Below are positions 20,175 through 30,676 of a stretch of 64,000 nt of DNA, one piece after another; the stretch's first letter is position 1, and each line of letters starts with the position of its first letter. Source of the stretch: Candidatus Amesbacteria bacterium (GTDB lineage: Bacteria; Patescibacteriota; Microgenomatia; CAZETR01; Amesbacteraceae); NCBI GenBank assembly GCA_027371535.1, contig DAHXMV010000002.1, positions 3,494 through 67,493 of the forward strand. The letters run 5' to 3'. Under the pieces are notes generated by a model. That model was not told the origin of the DNA. It saw nothing but the letters and a program-made list of their open reading frames with translations, and did no database searches. A program made the translations under genes and the position numbers.

Positions 20175-21911
20175 TCAGGGATAGCGGCGGAGGCCGCCCC
20201 ACTCGACTAAAGTAAAACCGGTTCTTTTGGGGGCAGAAAGAGTCTGAGGTATGAGAGGGACAGGCTGATTCAAACCGATAAAATCCAGGAAAATTCTGAT
20301 AACGGTATCAGGACGGGGATTAACTGTCATGGGGGCCAAAAGATTAATTTGATTCGGTGTCAGCCAAGTAAGCCGGACATAAGGGGTTTTTGGCATTAGG
20401 GGCCACCAGTAAGACATAAAATCGGTGATTTCTTTCTGATTCAATCCCTGTTCCCGTAATTGGAGTCTGAGGGTATTTTCCAATCCGGAATGAGGAACGA
20501 CAAAGCCGAAATTGATTTCGGGATAAATCTGACCCGTGCCGTCCCAATATAAATAAGGATAGGTCAGGCCATCCGAAACCAGTTGGCCGTTCGGACGGGC
20601 GATGACCTGCCAGCCGTTTTGGTAGGGCGGATCGGATTTTTTAAGACTGACATTCAGTCTGACAGAAACCGGGATAGTTTTTTGGGGGTAAAGATAGATA
20701 ACGGGTTTGGCACATTCGGCTGCAGGTACGTATTTGCCGTTCGTAAAGACGACATACCGGCTAATCAAGCGGTCATAGTAAACTATAAGGCCATGATCAG
20801 AATTGTATTCAGAAATGGTATAGGCATCCTGGCCGGAAGGGTTATAAACCTCGCCGAAATGCTTCAAAAGCGTGGGGTTATCAGGATTTTTAAAACCGTA
20901 AATTGTTTCCCCGGCGGAAGTTTTACCGACGGGGGTTAAATCGTTAACTTCGGCTGAATCCAAAATTTCACGGCTCCGATATCCCCATCCCCCGCAACCG
21001 CCACGGGTGAGCACATCATAGGCCCCGGTATTGGGAACACCGGTGTCCCAGGTGATTTTCAAAACATTGTCATCAGGGACAAAAGCATAGCTCCGGTAAT
21101 AATACAGATAGGAAAAATCCGGTAAATCCAACCGGATCTGAGCACCGTTATTCATCAGATTCAGCGGGCCCCAGGAAGTTTGAGATAATAAAGTTTTGTC
21201 GCCCTGACCGACGTCGTTATAAAAAACCGGGTTGGCCATGGGTGTAGACAGGGTAAAACCCGAGACAGTGACGGTTTTATCGTAATCCAGGTCGGGATAG
21301 TCAATCTGCCTGTCGATTTTGACACCGGCATTTAAAGTCGGCCCCCGAAAATATTTATCCTGTTTGGAGATGATATCAGGAGAATAGTTGGCTATCAGCG
21401 AGGCCTGCCCATCGGATTGGATCAGCAGCATAGCCAAACTATTGCCTCCCGGGGAATTTACGGGGATATCCGCCATCACCAGCCGGCCACCCGAATCAGT
21501 GCCGACCTGATAATATTTGACCCCGGCAGGATCTCCCCAATCAGCGGAGAAATTTTCTTTGGCAAACACGCCGGGGTCAGAGATTTTTTGGGGAGCGGCA
21601 AGCCAGACAGCATGATGAACAATTTTTGGCCCGGCAGGAGCCAGGGGAATTATGGTCGGGGTAGGCCCGGCGGTGACTACAGGAATAGCCGCTTGGGTAA
21701 CATACGTCGGCCAGGGATATGGCGAAGGAGTGAGAATTTTTGAAGTTCTGGCTGAATTATTGGCGGAATATCTGATTTCGGCGACAGCGGACAGACAGAC
21801 ACTGATGGAAAGGACGATAACCGAAATAAGCAAGGGCAGTAAACCATGAGGAGGCGAGGCAGGGGGCAAGAGTGGATTTATTTCTTCAGGAGCTTTTTTC
21901 ACCGATTCCAA
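20175..21911 (-). CDS. hypothetical membrane-anchored extracytoplasmic protein
   Basis: 578 aa. N-terminal TM helix LLPLLISVIVLSISVCLSAVA, then a large aromatic- and Gly-rich domain. Confidence 0.6.
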   Translation of the reverse strand: MESVKKAPEEINPLLPPASPPHGLLPLLISVIVLSISVCLSAVAEIRYSANNSARTSKILTPSPYPWPTYVTQAAIPVVTAGPTPTIIPLAPAGPKIVHHAVWLAAPQKISDPGVFAKENFSADWGDPAGVKYYQVGTDSGGRLVMADIPVNSPGGNSLAMLLIQSDGQASLIANYSPDIISKQDKYFRGPTLNAGVKIDRQIDYPDLDYDKTVTVSGFTLSTPMANPVFYNDVGQGDKTLLSQTSWGPLNLMNNGAQIRLDLPDFSYLYYYRSYAFVPDDNVLKITWDTGVPNTGAYDVLTRGGCGGWGYRSREILDSAEVNDLTPVGKTSAGETIYGFKNPDNPTLLKHFGEVYNPSGQDAYTISEYNSDHGLIVYYDRLISRYVVFTNGKYVPAAECAKPVIYLYPQKTIPVSVRLNVSLKKSDPPYQNGWQVIARPNGQLVSDGLTYPYLYWDGTGQIYPEINFGFVVPHSGLENTLRLQLREQGLNQKEITDFMSYWWPLMPKTPYVRLTWLTPNQINLLAPMTVNPRPDTVIRIFLDFIGLNQPVPLIPQTLSAPKRTGFTLVEWGGLRRYP

Positions 21912-23630
21912 TTATATGGGGAAAAAGAGCGAAGTGCCAGCGTCACTGCTAACCTGGTATTTCAAAGCAGGAGAATAGAGTTTTTGAAGTATTTGCCGGG
22001 CGGCCGGACCATGTAGAAGAGACGGCTGAAAGTTATCTATCTGTTCGGACAGGACAAAAACCGAAAGCCCCCGGGGGGTAAATTTTCCGGCCAGCAGCAG
22101 CCCCTGCCGCGTAGCCAGAGAAAAATTCTGGTCAAAAAGCAGGTTGCCCAATGAATAAAATACCGGTTTACCGTGATAAACTTCCATATCCTGGATGATG
22201 TGGGGATGGGAGCCGACGACAATGTCGGCACCGGCATCAATCCAGGCATGGGCCAGAGCGGCCTGGGAGGCAGAATGTGAAGCCCGGTATTCTTCCCCCC
22301 AGTGGGGAAAAACCAGGACCCGGGTGTCGGCTTTAGTCTTTACCCGAGCGATCAGCGGGGAAACATCCGGAAAAGGACTGAGAGTATTGACGCCGATGAC
22401 CACCAGATTTAATCTCTGCCCAGAAAAAGTGGCGATGCGAATTACATCACTGTCTCCCGGTCCACCGACGGGAATAATGCCAGCAGCGGTCAGCAATTTG
22501 CGGGTAGTGACTAATCCGTCAGTTCCGGCGTTGGCAGTGTGATTATTGGCCAAACTGACGGAGTTGACGTGTAAAAAGGCCAGAGCTTTGACGGCAGTGA
22601 CGGGAAAATCAAAGATCATACCAGTGTCATTAACCCGGCCGGAAAGCAGGCCGGAACTGACCGGTCCTTCCAGATTAATTAAAGAAGCATCAGTGCCCCA
22701 AAATACCCGGTCACCAATTTGGGAAAAACTCTGATAAAGCCGGTTGCCGGGAAATGTTTTTGAAACCCCCCGATCAAACATGACATCACCACCGACAGTA
22801 AAACTAACCTCTGCGTCCGGTATTACCTGGGAGTCATCCGCGTACCAGCCGAAAGTATGACCGGTGGTTTCGGAATCCGGCTGGTTTAGAATCAGACCGG
22901 AATTGGTATGCCCGGCCAAAACAAACTTTAAAGTTTGATGGGATTTGGCCCAAAGAGCCGCCAGACTTAATGCCCCAGGTGAATCCACTTCGGCTTTGGA
23001 AAACAGGCCGTCCGAGTCCAGGTTTGACAACAACCGGACGGATAAATCATCATGCAAATTTGAAAGCAGGACCGGCTGATAATGGGAAAAATCTACCGAA
23101 CTGACAAGCAGGCAATCAGGACAGGTGTTTTCCAGAAGACCGGCCAGATGCCGAATTTCTCCGGCAGTAACCCGATTTTTGATAATTATAGGCACGAGAC
23201 GTACTTTTGGAAAAACGGAAATTAAATCGGGAAGGACAGAGCGGATGCCGTGTTCGCCCATAAAGCTTTCCGGGCTATCGGAATAGCCGAGGCCGACCAA
23301 AGCGCTGATGACAGTCATGTCCGGTAATATTTCCCTCCCGCCGGACAGCTGCCAAGTCTGGCCGGAAACCTGAATATCGGCATTGCCGGAATCGAAGTGG
23401 TTGGGAGAGACCAGAATGACGGTATGGGGCGGAGTAATCAAAGCTGCCAGACGGGTTAAAAATAGCTGCCTTTGGGATTTAACCAAGTCGTGATGAGGTA
23501 ATATAACTGCCGAAATCCGGACTGTCTGAGATACTGTAGCCGGAACAAGGGGACAGGAACGGATATAGCTAAACAGGCAAAAAATCAACAAAGCCAGGGA
23601 GGGAGGAATTAACCACGAAAAACTTTTCAT
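21912..23630 (-). CDS. fusion protein: MEMO1/AmmeMemoRadiSam-B-like N-terminal domain + CapA/PgsA-family metallophosphatase-like C-terminal domain, with signal peptide
   Basis: 572 aa. N-terminal VILPHHD, VILVSPNHF and DFSHY are MEMO-like. The C-terminal half has CapA-family motifs (VGGDVMFDRGV, ANNHTANAG, HWGEEY, HPHIIQ). Confidence 0.6.
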   Translation of the reverse strand: MKSFSWLIPPSLALLIFCLFSYIRSCPLVPATVSQTVRISAVILPHHDLVKSQRQLFLTRLAALITPPHTVILVSPNHFDSGNADIQVSGQTWQLSGGREILPDMTVISALVGLGYSDSPESFMGEHGIRSVLPDLISVFPKVRLVPIIIKNRVTAGEIRHLAGLLENTCPDCLLVSSVDFSHYQPVLLSNLHDDLSVRLLSNLDSDGLFSKAEVDSPGALSLAALWAKSHQTLKFVLAGHTNSGLILNQPDSETTGHTFGWYADDSQVIPDAEVSFTVGGDVMFDRGVSKTFPGNRLYQSFSQIGDRVFWGTDASLINLEGPVSSGLLSGRVNDTGMIFDFPVTAVKALAFLHVNSVSLANNHTANAGTDGLVTTRKLLTAAGIIPVGGPGDSDVIRIATFSGQRLNLVVIGVNTLSPFPDVSPLIARVKTKADTRVLVFPHWGEEYRASHSASQAALAHAWIDAGADIVVGSHPHIIQDMEVYHGKPVFYSLGNLLFDQNFSLATRQGLLLAGKFTPRGLSVFVLSEQIDNFQPSLLHGPAARQILQKLYSPALKYQVSSDAGTSLFFPI

Positions 23631-23971
23631 GAAGATCTCAGGGGAAGACCGGAGCGTCGGAAGAAGCGCTGAAGGGTTTTATGTTCCCTAGCCGTGGTCA
23701 CAGGAATTACCTTGTCTGGAGTTTCCCGGATCATTTGATCCCGGGTAACATCGACCAAATCCTTGACCTCGGTAAAAAACTGATTGACGGCGGTGACCGG
23801 ACGGGAAGCGGTTTCGGACAATTCCCGGGTATTATCGAGAATACGGTTGAGTTTTTTGACTGACTGGCGGAATTCATGAAACAGGTGAAAAATCTGAAAT
23901 CCAATCAGAATCAACATGAACGACAGGGAGGTAATGACGACTGCCAAGAGGAGCTGGATGAATGCAATCAT
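23627..23971 (-). CDS. small membrane protein (N-terminal TM + coiled coil, DUF948-like)
   Basis: 114 aa. TM helix IAFIQLLLAVVITSLSFMLILIGFQIF followed by a charged helical region. Confidence 0.5.
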   Translation of the reverse strand: MIAFIQLLLAVVITSLSFMLILIGFQIFHLFHEFRQSVKKLNRILDNTRELSETASRPVTAVNQFFTEVKDLVDVTRDQMIRETPDKVIPVTTAREHKTLQRFFRRSGLPLRSS

Positions 23972-23994
23972 AAATTTTATTCAGAGTAACGTTT

Positions 23995-24636
23995 TTAAGG
24001 ACCACTTGTCAAGAAAACATGCCTTTTGACGGTGACCGACCGATTGTTTTTACTTCTGGCAGTTACAGTAACCAAATTGGCTCCGGGATTTAATTGCAGG
24101 CGGACCGAAAACTGGCCGCCCTTATCAAGGGTGATGTAATTGCCGTTGACAGAGATAGTGGCTTCGGGATCGGTTTTACCGTAGACCTCCACGGTATCCT
24201 GTGTAGTAGAACTGCGGTCGGGCGGAGAGGAAAGCACCAATGAGGGCGGACCGACAAGTAAGGTATACTGATAACCCAAATAGCCCAAGAAAAGAGTGAA
24301 GAATAAGACAACTACAGCGATGACGGTACTCCTCGGGGTCCAGAGGTTGGTTTTGGCTACCGGCTCGACCATACCCCGGGGGACAATCTGCCCTTTGGGG
24401 TTTTCGGAAAAGTCCCGCCGAAATACGGCCAGCAGATAATCGGGGTTTAAACCCAAAAATTGCGCATAATTTCTGATAAAACCCTTGGCAACAATGGCAT
24501 TGGGGAGGCGACTGAAATCATCGGATTCCAGAAGTTCTAAAAAATGCGGGCGGATTTTGGTGATCCTGGCAACGTCAGCCAGTTCCATCTGACGGGTAAG
24601 ACGGGCTTCTTTAAGAATTAAACCTGCAGACTTCAT
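23995..24636 (-). CDS. RodZ-like protein (N-terminal XRE-type HTH, TM helix, C-terminal domain)
   Basis: 213 aa. HTH LKEARLTRQMELADVARITKIRPHFLELLE, TM VIAVVVLFFTLFLGYLGYQY, and a C-terminal beta-rich domain. This is the RodZ architecture. Confidence 0.7.
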   Translation of the reverse strand: MKSAGLILKEARLTRQMELADVARITKIRPHFLELLESDDFSRLPNAIVAKGFIRNYAQFLGLNPDYLLAVFRRDFSENPKGQIVPRGMVEPVAKTNLWTPRSTVIAVVVLFFTLFLGYLGYQYTLLVGPPSLVLSSPPDRSSTTQDTVEVYGKTDPEATISVNGNYITLDKGGQFSVRLQLNPGANLVTVTARSKNNRSVTVKRHVFLTSGP

Positions 24637-26765
24637 GGGGAAACTTCCCGACCTGGCGTGTCAGACAACTGACGCATAAGAATCTCACGGGGCTTGGCAC
24701 CGTCAGCCGGGCCAACTATACCGGCATTTTGCATCTGATCCAAAATTTTGGCAGCGCGGGCATAACCGATACTCAGTTTGCGCTGCAGAAAAGAGGCGGA
24801 GGCAGCGTCGTTTTGAATGATAAGGCGCAAAGCATCTTCGAAGAGTTCATCCCGATCCTCCCCGCTGGGAGAAATAAAGGAGGAGCCTTTGCCGCGTTTT
24901 AGACCCAAAGGCTGGGTAATCACCTCCTCGGTATAGTTGGGAGCCACACCCTGCTTCTTCAGATAATCAATCAGCTGTCTGATCTCCCGGTCGGAAATAA
25001 ACGCGCCCTGAATACGGCTGGGTTTGGCCTGGTCGGGTGGAACATAAAGCATATCACCCTTACCCAGCAGTTTTTCAGCCCCCGGCTGGTCAATAATCAC
25101 CCGCGAATCAATCATGGAGGAAACAGCAAAGGCAATCCGGGCGGGGATATTGGCCTTAATCAGACCGGTGATGATATCCACGGAAGGCCTTTGAGTGGCA
25201 ATCACCAGGTGAATACCGGTGGCCCGGGCCATCTGGGCTATACGGGTAATGGTATCTTCGACCTCTACGGGAGCAAACAGCATGATATCGGCTAATTCAT
25301 CGATAAAAATCACAATATACGGTAATGCCTGGAAACCGGCATTTTCGTTGTAGGATTCAAGATTTCTGGCCCCGACCTCGGCAAACATCTTGTAACGGCG
25401 ATCCATTTCATTCATGGCCCATTTGAGAGCGGAAAGGACTTTATCCGGTTCGACAATCACCGGGGACAGTAAATGCGGAACCCCGTTATAACCGGTCAAC
25501 TCAACCCTTTTCGGGTCAACCAGGATGAGATTCAATTCCTGGGGGCTACAGCGATACAAAAGTGAGGCCAAAAAAGCATTGATACACACCGACTTCCCAG
25601 ATCCGGTCTGACCGGCAATCAATACGTGAGGCATGCGGGCGATGTCGGCAACCACAGGCTGACCGGAAACATCCAGACCCATAGCTACAGCCAATTTGCT
25701 CTTGTGATGCTTTAAAACGTCCTCGGACAGGATTTTTTTGATCCCAACAAACTCGGGTGAACGATTGGGAAGCTCGATCCCGACCAGTGACCGGCCGGGG
25801 ATGGGAGCTTCAATTCTGATCTGACCGGTGGGGGCAGCCAGAGCCAGAGCCAGGTCATTACTAAGCGCGTTTATTTTACTGAGCTTGGTGCCGATGGCAA
25901 CTTCCAGAGCATATTGGGTAACAGCCGGACCAAGGTTGACTTCGGCAACGTGGGCAGATATTCCGAAAGCTTCCAAGGTCTCTTCGATTTTGGCAGCATT
26001 ATCTTTGACGTTGCCGCGATCGGCTTTACCGGAAATGTTTTCACCTAAAAGAGAGAGCGGCGGATAATGCCAGGGGGAATTGGCAGCCGCAGAAGGAGTG
26101 GTAGGCAAAACTGTCTGAAACGGGGTTTCTTTTGATTTTTCGGGCAGGCCTTTGACCGTAAATTCACCCTTTTTAGACTGGATGGCGGCCTTGTTATCCG
26201 GGAGTTTGGAGACCTGAGCCGGAGCCATACCGGAAACTTTCAGGGGAGCAGGGAGTTTCCCGATTTTGGCGGGGCCCGGGGATTTTTGAGTCAGGCGGAT
26301 GAAAAAATTTATAATATCTTCGAAAGGAATATTCAGCATGACCAGCAAACCTACTGCCAGACCGGTGAGTAAGAAGATGTATGCCCCGGGTGAAGACAGA
26401 AACAAACCGGTGCTTAAAAACAACTTGTCGCCAAGCAGGCCGTCATGAAAGATGCCGGTAACGGCAAAAATGATAATCAGACTGCCCACAAAAACATGCG
26501 GTTCGGACATAAAAAACTTGATTTTAGTCACCATCAAACCGCCGATGATCAGAGGAAAAGGAAGGAACAAAGAGGAAAACAGGCCCAGCTGGGATACCAA
26601 AAGAGTGTTAAGGTGGGTGAGTAAAAGCCCCTGGCGGATAAAAGAGATCCAGATTAAAACCGCCACTGAAAATAGAATCAGGGCGGAGATGGAATAGACG
26701 GTATTTTTTTTGAGTTTTAAACCGTAGCTTTTTTTACGACCGACAAATGATCTCCTCCGAGCCAT
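24633..26765 (-). CDS. ftsK: DNA translocase FtsK/SpoIIIE
   Basis: 710 aa. N-terminal TM helices, Walker A LIAGQTGSGKSVCINA, FtsK motor domain, and a C-terminal gamma winged-helix domain. Confidence 0.93.
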   Translation of the reverse strand: MARRRSFVGRKKSYGLKLKKNTVYSISALILFSVAVLIWISFIRQGLLLTHLNTLLVSQLGLFSSLFLPFPLIIGGLMVTKIKFFMSEPHVFVGSLIIIFAVTGIFHDGLLGDKLFLSTGLFLSSPGAYIFLLTGLAVGLLVMLNIPFEDIINFFIRLTQKSPGPAKIGKLPAPLKVSGMAPAQVSKLPDNKAAIQSKKGEFTVKGLPEKSKETPFQTVLPTTPSAAANSPWHYPPLSLLGENISGKADRGNVKDNAAKIEETLEAFGISAHVAEVNLGPAVTQYALEVAIGTKLSKINALSNDLALALAAPTGQIRIEAPIPGRSLVGIELPNRSPEFVGIKKILSEDVLKHHKSKLAVAMGLDVSGQPVVADIARMPHVLIAGQTGSGKSVCINAFLASLLYRCSPQELNLILVDPKRVELTGYNGVPHLLSPVIVEPDKVLSALKWAMNEMDRRYKMFAEVGARNLESYNENAGFQALPYIVIFIDELADIMLFAPVEVEDTITRIAQMARATGIHLVIATQRPSVDIITGLIKANIPARIAFAVSSMIDSRVIIDQPGAEKLLGKGDMLYVPPDQAKPSRIQGAFISDREIRQLIDYLKKQGVAPNYTEEVITQPLGLKRGKGSSFISPSGEDRDELFEDALRLIIQNDAASASFLQRKLSIGYARAAKILDQMQNAGIVGPADGAKPREILMRQLSDTPGREVSP

Positions 26766-26866
26766 AAAGCCATTATAACTTAAAAAGACCAGTCAAAGAT
26801 CAAAAAAACAGGTTAAGCGGACTTGACTAGACAGGGCCGAATCCGGGGGTAAGATAAAGCCAGCGT

Positions 26867-27547
26867 ATGCACGATTACCAGATTTCCATCCTGAGGGAAT
26901 TATTGTTTAAACCCGGAGCGAGATTTCGAGACATGAAAAAAGTAGATATCCCCAATGACCATTTTACCTTTCATGTGAACCAACTGATCGGGCAGGGATA
27001 CATGGAAAAAAAGCAGGGAGGATATTATCTGACGACTGTAGGAAAGGAATTTGCCAACAGAATGGATACGGAGACATTAAAGATAGAAAGGCAGGCGAAA
27101 CTGGATATTGCCATAAATGCCTTCCGAACGGGAAACGGTAAAACAGAATTTCTGATTCATAAACGTTTAAAAGAACCCTTTTACGGATGGTACGGAACCC
27201 ACAGCGGAAAGATCAGATGGGGAGAATTCCCTATAGAAACAGCCAAAAGGGAATTTCTGGAAGAAACCGGATTAACCGGCAATTTCGAGCTGAAAGGCAT
27301 CGTCCATTACCAGCATATTCATAAAGACGGGACTTTTCTGGAGGATAAATATTTTTGGATTTACTGGGTGGAAAATCCCACCGGCGAACTGAAAACGAAA
27401 GTTCCAGAAGGAGAGAATATCTGGATGACGGAAGAAGAGTTTAAACGACTTGATCATGTCTTTGCCAGTTTTGAAGAAATGATGGAAGTAAAAAATGCCA
27501 AATCGCTGGTATACATCGAAAGAGTGAGATATGTAGACAGTTACTGA
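26867..27547 (+). CDS. NUDIX hydrolase with N-terminal winged-helix domain
   Basis: 226 aa. Nudix box GKIRWGEFPIETAKREFLEETGL. Confidence 0.8.
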   Translation: MHDYQISILRELLFKPGARFRDMKKVDIPNDHFTFHVNQLIGQGYMEKKQGGYYLTTVGKEFANRMDTETLKIERQAKLDIAINAFRTGNGKTEFLIHKRLKEPFYGWYGTHSGKIRWGEFPIETAKREFLEETGLTGNFELKGIVHYQHIHKDGTFLEDKYFWIYWVENPTGELKTKVPEGENIWMTEEEFKRLDHVFASFEEMMEVKNAKSLVYIERVRYVDSY

Positions 27548-27549
27548 AT

Positions 27550-27732
27550 ATGACGGAAAGAGTATACCAACCTACACCCTATGATTTGAGACTGTATATT
27601 TACGGTATTATTCATTGGGTCAAAGAAGGACGTCCGATTTCAGAAATAGAAAAGTTTATCAGTAAGGAAAAGAATCCGGAACTAAAAAAAGTCATGCAAG
27701 AAGAAATAGGGAAGCAGAGAAAAGAAGTTTAA
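27550..27732 (+). CDS. small hypothetical protein
   Basis: 60-aa ORF abutting the NUDIX gene. Protein-like composition only. Confidence 0.3.
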   Translation: MTERVYQPTPYDLRLYIYGIIHWVKEGRPISEIEKFISKEKNPELKKVMQEEIGKQRKEV

Positions 27733-27741
27733 TTAATTAAA

Positions 27742-29403
27742 TCAAACTTCGACGATGACCGGCAGGATCATGGGGCGGCGATGAGTCTGGTCAAAAAGGA
27801 ACTTGCCCAAGTGTTCGACAACAATTTCCTTGGCGTGGCGATCCGATTCGATTTTGCCTTTTTTCTGAACGATTATCTGACGGACTTTTTCGGAGGCCTG
27901 ATTTAATAAACTGGAGCTGTATTTTTCAAAAACAAAACCCCGGCTGACCAATTCCAAATTAAGAATACTGGAGAGGTCGTTTTGGTCCAACTCCAAAACT
28001 ACGACAACCACTCCTTCCTCTGCCAGATGCTGACGATCCCTTAAAACCAGATTGCCGACATCACCAACACCCAGGCCATCGACGAGCACGTTACGAACCC
28101 CGACGGTGGGACCGAGGCCGATCCTGTCAGGGGAAACCTGGATGGACTGATTGGCTTCCGGAAGCAGCACCCGGTCGGGACTGTAGCCCATGGAACGGGC
28201 CAGATTGGCATACTGCACCATATGCCGGTAAGTACCACCTATCGGCAGCACATATTTGGCCTTGGTAAGGGCCATCAAAAGCAGCAGGTCCTGCTGGCTG
28301 CCGTGACCGGAAACGTGTAAATTGTCCGTAATATCCGAATATACAACTTTGGCTCCCAAACGGGAAAGGGAATCGATTAAGGTCTGTACCGCACTCTCAT
28401 TTCCGGGAATATAGTCGGAAGAAAACACCACCTTGTCACCGGATTTGATGTCCAAATCTTTGTGATCGTCGGTAGCCAAACGTTCGAGTGCCGAACCGCT
28501 TTGCGCCTGGGAACCGGCAATCAAAATACAGACATTTTTGGGAGCCAGGTGTTTGACCTGCCGAAGTTCTATAAAGGCAGATTTGGGAATCGGGAAGTAA
28601 CCCAGTCGGGAGGCAACGTCAAGATTGCGTTCGATACTGCGGCCGGAAACAGCAATGCGCCGGCCGTTTTTGACCGCGATTTTACAGGCCTGGTACCATC
28701 GGCTGATATTACTGCTCATGGTAGTGACGATAAATTTTCCTTCACAGTCGGCAATCTCTTTTTCAAAAGTACCTTCCAAGGTCAGCTCAGACGGAGTGTA
28801 ACCCTGACGCTCACTTCCCAAACAATCTGAAAGCAGCAAATCCACCCCCTCATCGCCGGCTCTGGCCATTCGACCAATGTCAGGCAATTTTGCGTCCACG
28901 GGCGTAAGGTCGAATTTAAAGTCGCTGCCATGAAAAACAGTACCCGCAGGAGTTTTAATTATCAGATTGGTAGAATCGGGAATGGAATGGGAAATGCGGA
29001 CAGATTCGACGGTAAACTGACCCAGCTGAAGCGGATTGCCGGGCAATAAAATATTTACCGTCCGGGGCATATTTTCATATTCTGCCAATTTATCCATGAC
29101 CAGATTGGCAGGCAAGCGGTTGGCATAGACCGGGACATTGGCCAATTGAGGTAAAATATAGGGCAAAGCTCCGGTGTGGTCTTCATGACCGTGAGTTAAT
29201 ACGAGACCTCTGATTTTGGCCATTTTATCTTTTAAATAGGAAATATCCGGGATAAGCATATCTATTCCCAGCATTTCCTCGGTGGGGAAACCCATACCAC
29301 AGTCTACCAACAGAATATCGTTTTCCAGCTCATAGACAAACATATTTGAGGTGACTTTACCGAAACCTCCCAGGGAAATAATTTTTAATGTAGGCGTATC
29401 CAT
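27742..29403 (-). CDS. rnj: ribonuclease J (beta-CASP MBL-fold RNase)
   Basis: 553 aa. MBL motif LTHGHEDHTGALPY, beta-CASP region, and C-terminal domain. Confidence 0.9.
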   Translation of the reverse strand: MDTPTLKIISLGGFGKVTSNMFVYELENDILLVDCGMGFPTEEMLGIDMLIPDISYLKDKMAKIRGLVLTHGHEDHTGALPYILPQLANVPVYANRLPANLVMDKLAEYENMPRTVNILLPGNPLQLGQFTVESVRISHSIPDSTNLIIKTPAGTVFHGSDFKFDLTPVDAKLPDIGRMARAGDEGVDLLLSDCLGSERQGYTPSELTLEGTFEKEIADCEGKFIVTTMSSNISRWYQACKIAVKNGRRIAVSGRSIERNLDVASRLGYFPIPKSAFIELRQVKHLAPKNVCILIAGSQAQSGSALERLATDDHKDLDIKSGDKVVFSSDYIPGNESAVQTLIDSLSRLGAKVVYSDITDNLHVSGHGSQQDLLLLMALTKAKYVLPIGGTYRHMVQYANLARSMGYSPDRVLLPEANQSIQVSPDRIGLGPTVGVRNVLVDGLGVGDVGNLVLRDRQHLAEEGVVVVVLELDQNDLSSILNLELVSRGFVFEKYSSSLLNQASEKVRQIIVQKKGKIESDRHAKEIVVEHLGKFLFDQTHRRPMILPVIVEV

Positions 29404-29408
29404 ATGAT

Positions 29409-30047
29409 TTAAAAAAAGGAGGTCTGAGCTGCTTTGGTAACAGGAGGAAGAATATCGGGAACCGCTACTTCCTGATGTAAAAGGCTCTTTAATTTATTAA
29501 AGTCCCGGATGAACCCGTCCATGACCGTACCGGATCTGAGAGCAGCGGCCGGGTGATACATGGGGAAAATAATATATCTGACTCCGCCGAATTCCACGAA
29601 TCTGGACTGACCGTGAACCCGGGAAATCGAAACGTCAGGGATAAATTTGGCCATACTGAAACGGCCGAGGGTAACAATAATTCCGGGTTTGATAACGGCA
29701 ATCTGGCGATCCAGCCAGTCACGGCAGGCTTCGATTTCGTCAGGGAAAGGATCACGGTTATCAGGAGGCCGGTATTTAATAATATTGGTGATATAGACAT
29801 CTGTACGTTTTAAATTCAAAGACTCCAGAAGGGTTTTTTCCAGAAGTTTGCCGGCCTGACCGACAAAAGGCCGGCCCTGCATATCTTCATTAAAACCGGG
29901 ACCTTCCCCGATAAACATAATTTGGGCGTCGAGATTACCTTCCCCCGGAACGGGACGGGTGCAATTTTTTGCAATATCCAAGCCTTTGAAGGATTTTATC
30001 TCTTCGGCAATTTCATCCAGTTTGGTAATTTTTTCCTGAGTGGTCAT
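29409..30047 (-). CDS. uracil-DNA glycosylase, family 4
   Basis: 212 aa. Fe-S and UDG motifs: CTRPVPGEGN, MFIGEGPG, HPAAALR. Confidence 0.88.
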   Translation of the reverse strand: MTTQEKITKLDEIAEEIKSFKGLDIAKNCTRPVPGEGNLDAQIMFIGEGPGFNEDMQGRPFVGQAGKLLEKTLLESLNLKRTDVYITNIIKYRPPDNRDPFPDEIEACRDWLDRQIAVIKPGIIVTLGRFSMAKFIPDVSISRVHGQSRFVEFGGVRYIIFPMYHPAAALRSGTVMDGFIRDFNKLKSLLHQEVAVPDILPPVTKAAQTSFF

Positions 30048-30622
30048 GGTTTTTTGGTGATCAAATCACATAATGCATTAAAGAATATTATATAACCTCT
30101 TTCATTAAGATGAACCCCATCGCGATAATGGATATCTTCTTTAATCATGACTGACTTTAATAGACTATATAGATCCAGACAGTCCAGTTGATATTTATTG
30201 GCTAAATTGATAACTTCCTGAGCGTACTGATGGATATCCGTATCGGATCGTCCGGGGGGGGTCTGTTTTTTCTGATTTACCGGAGGAGGGGTAATTAGAA
30301 TGATGGAAGACACATTATCAGATTTTAATTTGGAAATTATATCCGCGTAATTTTCAGAAAATTCCTGCAGAGGAACTTGTTTCCAACTCGCAGCATCATT
30401 TGTACCAAAAAGAACCAGAGCCAGAGTGGGTAAAATAATGTGATGTTGACTTAAGATCGATTTTCCGTAACGGGTGTCTGCACCACCTTTGGCCAAATTC
30501 TGAATAATAGTATCTGGAAAAGATTTCTTAAAAAGCAGAATTAAACTTTCCCCAGCATCTCCACTATTTCTGGATAAATGACTGTCGCCCAACAAAAGAA
30601 TATTACTGAATTTTTCAGACAT
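30044..30622 (-). CDS. SGNH/GDSL-family hydrolase
   Basis: 192 aa. GDSH block LLLGDSHLS, then GTNDA, then a DxxH-like DGVHLNERGY. Confidence 0.75.
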   Translation of the reverse strand: MSEKFSNILLLGDSHLSRNSGDAGESLILLFKKSFPDTIIQNLAKGGADTRYGKSILSQHHIILPTLALVLFGTNDAASWKQVPLQEFSENYADIISKLKSDNVSSIILITPPPVNQKKQTPPGRSDTDIHQYAQEVINLANKYQLDCLDLYSLLKSVMIKEDIHYRDGVHLNERGYIIFFNALCDLITKKP

Positions 30623-30676
30623 ACTAATTCCTATTTATATAAATTCACAACCGCGATAGTTAATATTTTTCTTTAA

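Noticed and set aside
26766-26866. Possible divergent promoters between ftsK and the NUDIX gene
   Set aside because: Only weak -35/-10 resemblances (cttgact … taagat with non-ideal spacing). Not supportable from sequence alone.
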